DNA of 64,000 nucleotides from NCBI GenBank assembly GCA_042570545.1, contig JBHPGJ010000006.1, positions 1,327 to 65,326 of the forward strand, given 5' to 3'. The notes under the pieces are model-generated. The model was not told the origin of the DNA. It ran no database searches and saw only the letters and a program-made list of their open reading frames with translations. This document shows, one piece after another, positions 28,238-40,363 of this stretch. A program made the translations under genes and the position numbers. Position 1 is the first letter of the stretch; the number at the start of each line of letters is the position of its first letter. This DNA is from Patescibacteria group bacterium (GTDB lineage: Bacteria; Patescibacteriota; Patescibacteriia; JBHPGJ01).

Positions 28238-28894
28238 TTAAATAGTTATAATTAAATTTATACTTATATCATTTAGTGACTTAACCATCATATCAGCTTT
28301 TGAGTGATCTTGCGGGGGAGAATATGGATTGAAGACAGCAACGCATCTACAGCCGGCTTTTTTAGCGGATACTATTCCGTTTGTTGCATCTTCTAAAACT
28401 AGGCATTCTTCCGGTTTTAATTCCAGTTTTTTAGTCGCCACGATATAGGTTTCCGGATCTGGTTTTCCCTTTTTTACGCTATCTCCAGAAACAATAATAG
28501 TAAAATATTCCCTAATTTTAAATTTATCCAGGACCAAATCAATATATTTACCAGTACCCGAAGATGCTAGTGCTATTTTAAAATTATTATCTTTAAATAA
28601 TTTAAGTGATTCAAGCAAGCCGGGCATACTCTCCAGTTCGTCGGTAACAAGTTTTAAAAAAGCAGTCTCTCTTTTTTTATTAAAGTCATCAATATCAACA
28701 CTTAATTTAAAATATTTTATGATCTTTTTCAGGGCATCAATTACTCTAATACCCATAAAGCTGGAACTTAACTCTTCTGGCAGTTCACTGATGTTATGAT
28801 TAAAATCTTTAAGAACCACATCCCAAGACTTTTGATGCAGGCCCACAGAATTAACCATTAAATCATCTAAATCATAGATTACTGCTCTTATCAT
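28238..28894 (-). CDS. HAD family phosphatase (beta-PGM-like)
   Basis: DLDDL, ASS, KPDPE, EDATNG. Confidence 0.9.
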   Translation of the reverse strand: MIRAVIYDLDDLMVNSVGLHQKSWDVVLKDFNHNISELPEELSSSFMGIRVIDALKKIIKYFKLSVDIDDFNKKRETAFLKLVTDELESMPGLLESLKLFKDNNFKIALASSGTGKYIDLVLDKFKIREYFTIIVSGDSVKKGKPDPETYIVATKKLELKPEECLVLEDATNGIVSAKKAGCRCVAVFNPYSPPQDHSKADMMVKSLNDISINLIITI

Positions 28895-28912
28895 ATTTTC
28901 TTACGATAGCGG

Positions 28913-29113
28913 TTAAATAACATGCTGAAACATATGGAAAACCAAAAAGGCCGGCCAGACAATAGCTTTTATAACTCCGAATACACCAACCCAGAAAGTG
29001 GTGGCCTCACTAATGTAATAAATTGCGGCACCTACAAAGCCCATGCCATAAATGGCACTGGAAGTGGTGGTCTTATTTATTGTTATTAAGCTCCATTTTT
29101 TTTCGTCGCTCAT
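28913..29113 (-). CDS. small membrane protein
   Basis: YGMGFVGAAIYYI...KAIVWPAFLV, two TM. Confidence 0.8.
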   Translation of the reverse strand: MSDEKKWSLITINKTTTSSAIYGMGFVGAAIYYISEATTFWVGVFGVIKAIVWPAFLVFHMFQHVI

Positions 29114-29124
29114 AGTAAGATTAA

Positions 29125-29463
29125 TTAATGTTTAGCTTTTTTATAAACTATTTTTAATAGTTTTGTAATTTTGGTTTTATCAACCTCTTTAGTAGTAAAT
29201 ATCTTTAAATGCCGCATTGTTTTACCGTCCCCTTCAATTTGTTCAAGCTCATTTTTTGTCAGCCCCTTGATTTTAAAACCAAGATTAACTTTATCCTTCA
29301 ATGCCCCAAGATAAAAAAGTTCACCGCCGTATACTGGCACGCCCCATTTCATTTCCTCTGTAATATCAGGAAAGGTCTTTAGAATTATAGATCTTAACTT
29401 CATGCAAATCTCCTTTTGGGGAGATTTTTGTTTGGCTATGTAAGCAACTACCTTTTTATCCAT
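29125..29463 (-). CDS. DUF1801 (YdhG-like) protein
   Basis: EEMKWGVPVY, VNLGF, GDGKTMRHLK; alternative TTG start at 29478. Confidence 0.85.
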   Translation of the reverse strand: MDKKVVAYIAKQKSPQKEICMKLRSIILKTFPDITEEMKWGVPVYGGELFYLGALKDKVNLGFKIKGLTKNELEQIEGDGKTMRHLKIFTTKEVDKTKITKLLKIVYKKAKH

Positions 29464-29500
29464 GCTTTTTATTTCCAAAAATTAATATCTTTATCATTCG

Positions 29501-29590
29501 TGGCGGAGAGGGAGGGATTCGAACCCTCGAAGCCCGTTAAGACTTACTTGCTTTCCAAGCAAGCGCACTAGACCGCTATGCGACCTCTCC
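29501..29590 (-). tRNA. tRNA-Ser(GGA)
   Basis: 90 nt, CTTGC-TTGGAAA-GCAAG anticodon arm, long variable arm, CCA. Confidence 0.97.
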
Positions 29591-29647
29591 TCACTATATA
29601 CAGGCACTATACCATATTATATTTGGCATAAATACACAATAATTCGC

Positions 29648-29681
29648 AAAGCACCGGTCCATGCTGACCGGTGCTTTTTTT
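29648..29681. terminator. terminator hairpin after ppsA
   Basis: aaagcaccggtc/gaccggtgcttt. Confidence 0.75.
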
Positions 29682-29698
29682 GATTTTATAGAGCTTTA

Positions 29699-32125
29699 CT
29701 AGCTTTTCTGTTTAAGTCTCTTTTCTGTTTCTAATACTTTTTTAGTTGTTTTTAAAACCGTATCAGGATTAAGAGAAATGCTATCAATGCCTTGCTCGAC
29801 TAAGAACTCAGCAAATTCCGGCATGTCTGATGGCGCTTGGCCGCAAATGCCAATATGTCGTTTTTTCTCTTTGGCCGTCTTTATTACTTGAGCCACCATT
29901 CTGGTAACTGCTTCATTCGATTCATTGCCCACGTGATCAATCAGCTCTGAATCACGGTCCAGTCCTAATACCAATTGCGTCAGATCATTTGAGCCAATAG
30001 AAAAACCATCAAATATTTTAGCAAACTTATCGGCCAGCACTACGTTGGATGGGATCTCACACATCACATATACTTCCAATCCATTTTTACCCCGACGCAA
30101 ACCGTAGCTGGACATAGCTTTGATAACTTTCTCGCCTTCATCAACTGTTCGGCAGAAAGGTACCATTACCTTCACATTAGTTAAGCCCATTTTATCGCGT
30201 ACTCGTTTGAGCGCTAGACATTCCAATCTAAAAGCCGGGGCATAGGCTTCGTCGTAATAACGTGATGCGCCCCGCCAGCCGATCATCGGATTTCTTTCTG
30301 TTGGTTCAAATTCCCGGCCGCCGATCAACTCAGCGTATTCATTAGATCGAAAATCTGACAAGCGTACAATCACTTCGTTGGGCCAGAAAGCAGCCGCGAT
30401 CATAGCAATGCCATAAGCTAATCGATCGACATAAAATAGTTTCTTATCAGTATAACCGACGGTTAAAGTATCAATTTTCTTTTTGGCCTGTTTATCTTTA
30501 AGTTTAGGGTATTTGATCAGGGCCATCGGGTGTATCTGAATATAGGAATTGATAATGAATTCCTGACGAGCCAGACCAACTCCGTCGTTAGGAATCTGTG
30601 ATGTCTTAAAAGCTAGCTCCGGTGTGCCAAATATCATTTTAATCTGAGTTTTTGGTCGTTTGAAACCCTTCAAATTATGTTTAGTTACTTTAAATGGCAG
30701 TTTGCCCTTATATACTTTGCCAACATCGCCCTCGGCACAAGAAACAGTCACTTGATCGCCAGTTTTTAATACTTTTGTAGCCTTTTCTGTACCAACTATA
30801 GCTGGTAAGCCAAGTTCACGCGAGACAATCGCCGCGTGAGAAGTCCGACCACCCTTATCGGTAACTATGGCCGAGGCGATCTTCATTATTGGTTCCCAGT
30901 CTGGATCGGTCATGTCCGTTACTAGTACTTCGCCGGCTTTAAACTTAGATATCTGCTTGGTGTCTTTAATGACATTCACCACTCCACTGGCAATCTTGGT
31001 ACCAACGGGCGAGCCAGTTGCTAAGACGGTGCCCTGGCGCTTGAGATTGTACTCTTCATAGGCATTGGGATCTTTTTGTGACTCCACCGTTTCCGGACGA
31101 GCCTGGATAATATAAAGACCCTTAGAGTCCTTCGCCCACTCCATGTCCATTGCTTTGCCATAATGATCTTCAATAACCACCGCCCACTTAGCTAACTGAA
31201 TGACATCTTTATCGGTTATAGAAAATTTATGCTGATCAGTCTCGGATACCGGCACATTCTTCACCGGACTTGAGCCCTGCCGATTATAAATCATCTTAAT
31301 TTTCTTCGTACCCAGCTTCTTAGAAATGATCGAAGTAAAGCCCTGTTTGAGCGTTGGCTTATGTACATAAAATTCATCCGGCGTCACCGCTCCCTGAACA
31401 ATATTCTCGCCCAGTCCCCAGGCAGCGTCAATCAGCACCGCCTGTTTGAAACCGGTCTCAGTATCAATGGAAAACATAACTCCCGATGACTTTGACTGGA
31501 CCATTTTCTGTATGCCGATCGACAAAGCAATATTGAAATGATCAAACTTTTTGTCTTGACGATAAGACATTGCTCGATCGGTGAACAACGAAGCAAAACA
31601 CTTGTGACAAGAGTTTATTAAAGCCTCTTCTCCTCTGATGTTTAAAAAGGTCTCCTGCTGACCGGCAAAGGAGGCATCGGGGAGGTCTTCAGCAGTAGCC
31701 GATGAACGAACAGCCAGATCAACGTTCTTACCATAGCGATGCTGCATTTGTTTATAGGCTTTGATGATCTCACGCTTTAATTCTACTGGAAATTCAGCTT
31801 CTCTGATCAGCGCTCTAACTTTCTGGCCTCTTTCATGAAGGTTTTTTACGTCATGGGTATTTAGATCAGCCAGGATCTTCTTTATTTTTCTTTTTAATCC
31901 AGTTTTACTTAATAACAACCGATAACCAGAAGCGGTGACTGCAAAGCCATCTGGCACTTCTACCCCTTTAGCTCCCAGCTCTCTAATCATTTCACCCAGG
32001 GAAGCATTCTTTCCACCGACCAAGGGCACGTCCTTAATTGTCAAATCTTTAAACCACAAAACTAATGCCCGCCGACGATTCACTTTGGATCGGGTTTTAG
32101 CTTTTTTAACTTTCTTTTTAGTCAT
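29699..32125 (-). CDS. ppsA: phosphoenolpyruvate synthase
   Basis: VGGKNASLGEM, RSSATAEDLP, GGRTSHAAI, FSIGSNDLTQ. Confidence 0.95.
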   Translation of the reverse strand: MTKKKVKKAKTRSKVNRRRALVLWFKDLTIKDVPLVGGKNASLGEMIRELGAKGVEVPDGFAVTASGYRLLLSKTGLKRKIKKILADLNTHDVKNLHERGQKVRALIREAEFPVELKREIIKAYKQMQHRYGKNVDLAVRSSATAEDLPDASFAGQQETFLNIRGEEALINSCHKCFASLFTDRAMSYRQDKKFDHFNIALSIGIQKMVQSKSSGVMFSIDTETGFKQAVLIDAAWGLGENIVQGAVTPDEFYVHKPTLKQGFTSIISKKLGTKKIKMIYNRQGSSPVKNVPVSETDQHKFSITDKDVIQLAKWAVVIEDHYGKAMDMEWAKDSKGLYIIQARPETVESQKDPNAYEEYNLKRQGTVLATGSPVGTKIASGVVNVIKDTKQISKFKAGEVLVTDMTDPDWEPIMKIASAIVTDKGGRTSHAAIVSRELGLPAIVGTEKATKVLKTGDQVTVSCAEGDVGKVYKGKLPFKVTKHNLKGFKRPKTQIKMIFGTPELAFKTSQIPNDGVGLARQEFIINSYIQIHPMALIKYPKLKDKQAKKKIDTLTVGYTDKKLFYVDRLAYGIAMIAAAFWPNEVIVRLSDFRSNEYAELIGGREFEPTERNPMIGWRGASRYYDEAYAPAFRLECLALKRVRDKMGLTNVKVMVPFCRTVDEGEKVIKAMSSYGLRRGKNGLEVYVMCEIPSNVVLADKFAKIFDGFSIGSNDLTQLVLGLDRDSELIDHVGNESNEAVTRMVAQVIKTAKEKKRHIGICGQAPSDMPEFAEFLVEQGIDSISLNPDTVLKTTKKVLETEKRLKQKS

Positions 32126-32260
32126 ATTAGTATAATCCAGGCGCCGAACTATTCGGGCGCATATAAATAATGTTACTGACTTTCAGTATAGATAATTTAG
32201 ACTCGGCTGGCAAACAAAAACTCCGCTTGATTTTCGGAGCTTTTGTTTTTAAAAGATTTC

Positions 32261-32572
32261 TTAAAAATTAATTTTTTCAGCTACTTCACTTACTAAGGGA
32301 GCCTTCCACCAGGCACCGTTCAGGGATTGAATAATTCCAATAATAACTAGTACCAGTACAACCAAATTTAGCAGCCAGCCCAAAACGGGAATAAACCAGA
32401 ATATAATTGACGCTATCCATAAGACAAAACCTTGCTTGGCATGAAACTGAACAAATTTAGAATCTTTTTTGACTAATAGCATAATCAAACTGACTACCCA
32501 GATATATGATATGGCGGCCATTACTTTGTTGTCTTGAACATCATTTTGATTAGCGCTTGGTTCATCTGCCAT
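32261..32572 (-). CDS. DUF4870-like membrane protein
   Basis: NKVMAAISY, SKFVQFHAKQG. Confidence 0.8.
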   Translation of the reverse strand: MADEPSANQNDVQDNKVMAAISYIWVVSLIMLLVKKDSKFVQFHAKQGFVLWIASIIFWFIPVLGWLLNLVVLVLVIIGIIQSLNGAWWKAPLVSEVAEKINF

Positions 32573-33065
32573 GTTGCTCACCCCCCTTCGCCTTCTTGTT
32601 TTTATCTGTATTCAAACCACTTCCCGGTACGATCGCTTTATGAATGTGTGATTTGCGATGAAGTATTAAATATATAGCGGCGCCAAACAGCAGACCAGCC
32701 AGGCCAGTAGCAAGTGTTTCGGTAATAATATTGAAAAACAAATATACTTTCCAGTAATAAATCAATTTGAAGACAGAGACAAAAAATCCTAAAGCTAGAC
32801 CGGCAATGGTCCCCAGGGTAGCTGTTTGAATTTGCGTGCCCTTTTCGCGCTTGGCCATCATCCAGCCAAGAAATACGAAGTACAAGAAATCAGTAAAAAT
32901 AATGTAGACCATCGGTTGGATGGTGACATATAAAATAATGTTTACTGCCAGGGCTATGAAAAAGGGCCAGCGAAATAAATTCCAGTAATACAAGAAGTCC
33001 TTGCCGGCCAAGGGCGGCTGTTTTTCTGTTTTATGTTCGTTTATTTCGCCCCTTCCTTCTTCCAT
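32562..33065 (-). CDS. hypothetical membrane protein
   Basis: 4 TM; ATG downstream of TGnTATAAT. Confidence 0.7.
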   Translation of the reverse strand: MEEGRGEINEHKTEKQPPLAGKDFLYYWNLFRWPFFIALAVNIILYVTIQPMVYIIFTDFLYFVFLGWMMAKREKGTQIQTATLGTIAGLALGFFVSVFKLIYYWKVYLFFNIITETLATGLAGLLFGAAIYLILHRKSHIHKAIVPGSGLNTDKNKKAKGGEQHGR

Positions 33066-33177
33066 GGCAATTAAAATTATAACAGGCTTAGTATATGTTG
33101 ACAATCCACCCGGATGGCAAATTGAGCTTTTATTTATTTATTAAAAATAAGATCAGACATCTGGGAAACAGAATACC

Positions 33178-33204
33178 AAAAAGCCGGCCATTGTGGCCGG
33201 CTTT
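33178..33204 (-). terminator. groEL terminator
   Basis: aaagccggcca/tggccggcttt. Confidence 0.8.
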
Positions 33205-33222
33205 CCAAAAATCTAGTAATGA

Positions 33223-35185
<1,963 letters not shown>

Positions 35186-35228
35186 ATATTAATTATTAAC
35201 TATTAATTATTAAGTTAAATCTTCATTT

Positions 35229-35255
35229 TTAGCACTCCCTATCTTAGAGTGCTAA
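35229..35255. promoter_or_regulatory. CIRCE element (HrcA operator)
   Basis: Perfect TTAGCACTC-N9-GAGTGCTAA upstream of groES. Confidence 0.97.
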
Positions 35256-35271
35256 TTTGAAATGTTTTGGT

Positions 35272-35299
35272 ATTATAACAATCCGCTATTTACTGTCAA
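35272..35299 (-). promoter_or_regulatory. groESL promoter
   Basis: TTGACA-16 nt-TATAAT with TG extension. Confidence 0.75.
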
Positions 35300-35405
35300 G
35301 TATGGCCTAAATATATAAAAAAATGATGTTTATCAAAATCTATTAAGTAAAATTAGAAAAACAAAGAAAATATAATGATATCACTGACTAATAATGACTC
35401 TAATA

Positions 35406-35461
35406 TTGACAACTACAACATCTAGTAGTATACTTAGGTGCAGAGATACTATATATTGATT
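35406..35461 (+). promoter_or_regulatory. nrdAB promoter with two NrdR boxes
   Basis: TTGACA-17 nt-TATACT; boxes ctaCaAcATcTaGtag (35413-35428) and ataCtAtATaTtGatt (35446-35461) match acaCwAtATaTwGtgt. Confidence 0.85.
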
Positions 35462-35512
35462 TTATTTGTTAAAACACTTCTGCTTGTTTATCAATGATTC
35501 GTAAAATTGCTG

Positions 35513-35521
35513 TTATCCACA
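35513..35521 (+). promoter_or_regulatory. DnaA box in nrdA leader
   Basis: Perfect TTATCCACA. Confidence 0.5.
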
Positions 35522-35779
35522 CTTGGAGCCAGCTAACAAATAATCTATAATAGCCTAGCCGCACTTGGCGGCGCTCTTAAAAACAAAAATATTGATTAGT
35601 CCTGAGCGGTTCTGCCGAAACCCATATAATCTGAATACCTCGAATTGTTGCTACCAGTCATGATATCTCTGAATTAGCCCAATTAAATTTAAATTTGCTC
35701 GCCTAGGACATGAGGGGTACTTTTTGTGCCCGCTTAATATGGATCTGGTATTAATTTATATAATTAACTTATTAAAAAT

Positions 35780-38638
35780 ATGGCTCTCACAAAAATAAAA
35801 AAGCGAAATGGATTAATTGCCGACTTTGATCGTAATAAGATTGCCAATGCCATCAGCATGGCCTGTCAAGCCACAAATTCTGAGGTAAAAGAAGAAACCA
35901 TTACCGCCATCACCGATAAGGTGCTGTCTTTGATTGAAATAAAATTTACCGAGGCCATACCCGGAGTTGAAGATATCCAAGATGCCGTTGAGCAGCAACT
36001 GGCTGAAAACGGATTGTTTGAAGTGGCCAAGGCTTATATACTCTACCGAAAAAAGCAGCAGGAGCTTCGCGAGGTAAGAAAAAGTGAAATAAAAGAAAGG
36101 GCTGAAAAGCAACAGCTTACCGTTACTAAACGTGATAGTTCAGTGGTTTCTTTTGACGGTCAAGAAATCATTGACACTCTTAAAGGACAGTTACCGGACT
36201 TAGTTAAGCAGATTGATTTTAATGAAATAGTAAAAGAGGTTGAGTTTAATTTGTTTGACGGTATATCGACCAAGGAGATTACCAAGCTAGTCGGCATTGC
36301 TGTTCGCGGCCGCGTAGAAAAAGACCAGATATATTCTCAGGCCGGAGCGCGAATATTATTTAATGATTTATATAAAGATATTCTAGGCTATGATGAATCT
36401 TACAAAGATTTTAAGAAAATATATAAAGACGCTTTTGCCAATCAAATAAAAGCCGGCGTTAAGGCTGGTCGATTAGCCAAAGCTATGCTGAATTATGACA
36501 TCAAAACTCTGACCGACTCCTTGGACATAGAGAGGGATAAACTATTCACCTACTTGGGCGCCCAGACTCTTTATGACCGCTATTTTATCCGTGATGCTGA
36601 TCAAAATATTTTGGAGTTGCCGCAACATTTCTGGATGCGTGTGGCTATGGGCCTGGCTTTAAATGAGAAAGAAGATGATCGAAATGAAAAGGCCTTAGAG
36701 TTCTATGAAACGATTTCGGCTTTACTATATGTTCCGTCTACGCCAACTCTATTTCACTCCGGTACCAACCATCCGCAAATGAGCTCATGCTATCTGACAA
36801 CAGTAGAAGATGATCTGGCTCATATTTTTAAATCGATCGGCGATAACGCTCAATTATCAAAATGGTCGGGTGGCCTGGGCGGTGACTGGACAAACATCAG
36901 AGCCACCGGGTCGGCTATTAAAAGCACCAACGTCGGCAGTCAGGGCGTCATCCCCTTTCTCAAGATCGCTGACGCTACTACCGGTGCCATTAATCGCAGC
37001 GGTAAAAGACGCGGAGCAGCTTGTGTCTATCTAGAGACTTGGCATTATGATATTGAATCATTCTTAGAACTTAGAAAAAACACCGGTGATGACCGGCGCC
37101 GTACTCATGATACCAATACCTCTAATTGGATCCCTGATTTGTTTATGCAAAGAGTGATCAACGACCGGGACTGGACTCTTTTCTCACCCGATGAAACGCC
37201 TGAGCTGCACCACATATATGGTCAGGAATTCAAAAAACGCTATGAGGAGTATGAAGCCAAAGCTGCCGCTGGTGAAATAAAGTTGTTCAAAAAGATCAAA
37301 GCCAAGGACTTGTGGCGTAAGATGATCACTATGTTGTTTGAGACTGGTCACCCCTGGATCACTTTTAAAGATCCCATCAATATCCGCTCACCTCAGGACC
37401 ACACCGGCGTAGTTCATAGTTCAAATTTATGTACGGAAATAACACTCAATACCTCGGCTGATGAGACGGCCGTATGTAATCTTGGTTCAATTAACTTGGC
37501 CCGGCACATGAGCAATGGTCAGTTAAATAGAGAATTGATAAAAGCCACGGTTACCATCGCCATCAGAATGCTTGATAACGTAATCGATCTAAACTTCTAC
37601 CCCACCCCAGAAGCAGAGAATTCCAACCTAAAGCACCGTCCAATTGGACTGGGCATCATGGGTTTGCAGGACGCCCTTTTTATGATGAAGCAGGAGTTTG
37701 ACGGCGATGTGGCGGTTGAATTCTCGGATGAAATGATGGAATATATTTCTTACTACGCTATTCTGTCGTCTTCACAATTAGCCAAAGAAAGAAGTCCCTA
37801 TAAAAGTTATAAGGGCTCCAAGTGGGACCGGGGCATCTTCCCGCTGGATACAATTGAATTACTGGCAGCAGAACGTGGAGAAGATATAGAGGTTGATCGC
37901 CAAAGTAAAATGGATTGGGCTCCAGTCCGAGAGCACGTTAAGCAATACGGCATGAGAAATTCAAATACCATGGCTGTTGCTCCGACGGCTACTATATCCA
38001 ATATTGCCGGTTGTCTGCCGACTATCGAACCGATCTATAAGAACCTCTATGTAAAATCAAATGCTAGTGGTGAATTTACCGTCTTAAACAAATATCTGGT
38101 AGCGGAATTGAAAAAGATAGATCTGTGGAATCAAGAAATGATTGAGAAGATCAAGCATTATGACGGCAGTATACAAAAGATAACTGAGATCCCGGCTGAG
38201 CTTCGGCAGCTGTATCGTGAGGTTTTCGAAATCGATACTCTTTATATCATCAAACACGCTGCTCGGCGTGCCAAATGGATCGACCAAAGTCAGTCAGTCA
38301 ATATATTTTCTAATACCCAATCAGGCGCTGCTCTATCAAAGATCTACCAGCAGGCTTGGCGATCGGGACTGAAGACCACTTACTACCTGCGCACTCTCGG
38401 TGCAACCACAATCGAAAAAAGCACCGTAGATATTAATAAGAAGTATGACCACGATGATAATAAGCAGGCTAAGCATGATCACGATCATGACCACGCCCAC
38501 GAACATCATCAGCACCAACCAGTCGTTGCTCAACCATCAACTGTCGGGGCCAAGCAAACAGAGCCGATAGCGGTAGCTGTACCGGCAAGCTCAACCGATG
38601 AACATCCCGACGATCTCACTTGCGAGGCTTGTCAATAA
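35780..38638 (+). CDS. nrdA: ribonucleoside-diphosphate reductase alpha subunit (two ATP-cone-like domains)
   Basis: IKKRNG and VTKRDS cones, TPTLF, SSCYL, SNLCTEI, APTATI, KTTYYLR, C-terminal CEAC. Confidence 0.97.
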   Translation: MALTKIKKRNGLIADFDRNKIANAISMACQATNSEVKEETITAITDKVLSLIEIKFTEAIPGVEDIQDAVEQQLAENGLFEVAKAYILYRKKQQELREVRKSEIKERAEKQQLTVTKRDSSVVSFDGQEIIDTLKGQLPDLVKQIDFNEIVKEVEFNLFDGISTKEITKLVGIAVRGRVEKDQIYSQAGARILFNDLYKDILGYDESYKDFKKIYKDAFANQIKAGVKAGRLAKAMLNYDIKTLTDSLDIERDKLFTYLGAQTLYDRYFIRDADQNILELPQHFWMRVAMGLALNEKEDDRNEKALEFYETISALLYVPSTPTLFHSGTNHPQMSSCYLTTVEDDLAHIFKSIGDNAQLSKWSGGLGGDWTNIRATGSAIKSTNVGSQGVIPFLKIADATTGAINRSGKRRGAACVYLETWHYDIESFLELRKNTGDDRRRTHDTNTSNWIPDLFMQRVINDRDWTLFSPDETPELHHIYGQEFKKRYEEYEAKAAAGEIKLFKKIKAKDLWRKMITMLFETGHPWITFKDPINIRSPQDHTGVVHSSNLCTEITLNTSADETAVCNLGSINLARHMSNGQLNRELIKATVTIAIRMLDNVIDLNFYPTPEAENSNLKHRPIGLGIMGLQDALFMMKQEFDGDVAVEFSDEMMEYISYYAILSSSQLAKERSPYKSYKGSKWDRGIFPLDTIELLAAERGEDIEVDRQSKMDWAPVREHVKQYGMRNSNTMAVAPTATISNIAGCLPTIEPIYKNLYVKSNASGEFTVLNKYLVAELKKIDLWNQEMIEKIKHYDGSIQKITEIPAELRQLYREVFEIDTLYIIKHAARRAKWIDQSQSVNIFSNTQSGAALSKIYQQAWRSGLKTTYYLRTLGATTIEKSTVDINKKYDHDDNKQAKHDHDHDHAHEHHQHQPVVAQPSTVGAKQTEPIAVAVPASSTDEHPDDLTCEACQ

Positions 38639-38655
38639 AAAATAATCTATAACCT

Positions 38656-39669
38656 ATGGACAAAGAAGTAAAAACAATTATCAATTCCAGTAAAACTGAT
38701 CCCAATAAGATCCTGCCGATAAAATATCATTGGGCCCGGCAGCATTATAAGGATGGCGTTGCTAATAATTGGGTACCAGAAGAAGTAAATATGCAAAAAG
38801 ATGTTGAGATGTGGAAGAGTCCTGATGCCCTGAGTAAAGATGAACGCCGCATGATCATGTGGAACATGGGCTTCTTCTCTACAGCCGAGAGCTTAACGGC
38901 CAATAACATAGTGCTGACAATATATGAGCACGTGACAAATCCCGAGTGCCGGCAATACCTTCTGCGTCAAGCCTATGAGGAAGCAATCCATACTGACACT
39001 TTCATCTACTCTTGCGATACCCTGGGATTAGATCCCGATGAGGTCTATACCATGTATAATGACATTCCCAGTATCAAGGCCAAAGATGACTTTGTGGTCA
39101 ATATGACAAAATCTCTGATGGATAAGAATTTCTCCACCGAGGGGACAGAGAACATACAACGGTTTGTACACGACCTGGTTGGTTTTTATATCATTATGGA
39201 GGGTATATTCTTCTATGCTGGTTTTGTGATGATGCTGTCGCTTCTACGTCAGAATAAGATGGTTGGGGTTGGTGAACAGTTCCAATTTATCTTGCGTGAT
39301 GAATCAATCCATTTGGCTTTTGGCGCCGATCTTACTAACCAGATCGTCAAAGAAAATCCAGAGATCTGGACCGATGAATTTAAGAAGACTATCACCGATA
39401 ATATCAAAGAAGCGGTTGAGCTGGAGTACGCCTACGCTAAAGACTGTCTGCCCAAGGGTATCCTGGGTCTGAATGCTGAAACCATAAAAGGATACGTGCA
39501 GTACATTGCCGACCGGCGTCTGGAAAGGATCAATCTGCCTACTATCTATGGCTCTAAAAACCCCTACCCCTGGATGAGTGAGATAATTGATCTAAAGAAA
39601 GAAAAGAATTTCTTTGAAACCCGGGTCACTGAATACCAAACCGGCGGCAATTTGAGTTGGGACGAATAA
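38656..39669 (+). CDS. nrdB: ribonucleotide reductase beta subunit, class Ic-type
   Basis: WVPEE, FFSTAES, EEAIHTDTF, MEGIFF, RDESIH, NFFETRVTEY. Confidence 0.95.
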   Translation: MDKEVKTIINSSKTDPNKILPIKYHWARQHYKDGVANNWVPEEVNMQKDVEMWKSPDALSKDERRMIMWNMGFFSTAESLTANNIVLTIYEHVTNPECRQYLLRQAYEEAIHTDTFIYSCDTLGLDPDEVYTMYNDIPSIKAKDDFVVNMTKSLMDKNFSTEGTENIQRFVHDLVGFYIIMEGIFFYAGFVMMLSLLRQNKMVGVGEQFQFILRDESIHLAFGADLTNQIVKENPEIWTDEFKKTITDNIKEAVELEYAYAKDCLPKGILGLNAETIKGYVQYIADRRLERINLPTIYGSKNPYPWMSEIIDLKKEKNFFETRVTEYQTGGNLSWDE

Positions 39670-39676
39670 TATACAA

Positions 39677-40363
39677 CTATCGCTTTCCTATCACGGCCAC
39701 CATCGTTCGTAGTTCCCCCGGTTTATCGCGACGCCAGGAAAAATATTTGTCAGTTTTTTCATACGTGCACTCTGGCATAACAGTTATATTTTTTTCAATG
39801 GCACCAGCTTTTTTCAGCTGCCCGACTGCTTCGGCGCCTAAATCAAGAAATATCTTGTCATCACGCTTCTCAAGAACGCTCTTATCAAATTGTTCTGCTA
39901 CCTCATTATTAATATCGTAATGGCACGCACCAATACCGGGACCTACAACAACTACTAATTGTTCCGGTAGAGTACTAAAGCTTTCTTTCATTGCGCCAAC
40001 ACTACCCTCAGCGATACCGGCAGCTAATCCGCGCCAGCCGGCGTGGAGCAATCCTAGAGCATTATGATCTGGGTCATATAATAAAATCGGTAAACAATCG
40101 GCTACCGTAACTATTAGAAAAAGATTGTTATTTTTAGTAACTAATCCGTCGCCATTGTATGAGCCTGGCTCCGTCACTGGGACAATAGTAGAGCCGTGTG
40201 TTAGATGAGCTCGCGCCACTTGGGTATCAGAAATTCCCAATTTGTCAAAAAATCGTTGACGGTTAGTTTCATTAATTGCTGTACTTATGCCCATTGGGCC
40301 GTCGATAATTTCCGATATTGCTGCTAATAGGTTGTTATGTTTGCGAAATAAACCATTGATCAT
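39677..40363 (-). CDS. pgeF: PgeF/YfiH family (laccase-domain) protein
   Basis: THGS, DGLVT, VADCLP, HAGWRG, GPGIG, FSWRR. Confidence 0.88.
   Translation of the reverse strand: MINGLFRKHNNLLAAISEIIDGPMGISTAINETNRQRFFDKLGISDTQVARAHLTHGSTIVPVTEPGSYNGDGLVTKNNNLFLIVTVADCLPILLYDPDHNALGLLHAGWRGLAAGIAEGSVGAMKESFSTLPEQLVVVVGPGIGACHYDINNEVAEQFDKSVLEKRDDKIFLDLGAEAVGQLKKAGAIEKNITVMPECTYEKTDKYFSWRRDKPGELRTMVAVIGKR

Noticed and set aside
29591-29698. Similar leader-peptide attenuator before tRNA-Ser (also checked the second tRNA-Asn and tRNA-Leu)
   Set aside because: No cognate-codon mini-ORF found; the hairpin here is best read as the ppsA terminator.
35513-35521. Replication origin
   Set aside because: Only one perfect DnaA box and no dnaA/dnaN nearby; more consistent with nrdAB regulation.
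35620-35680. purine/2'-dG riboswitch (TATAAT...CTACC) upstream of nrdA
   Set aside because: P2 and P3 stems and kissing loops could not be built by eye; kept only as a generic structured-leader candidate.
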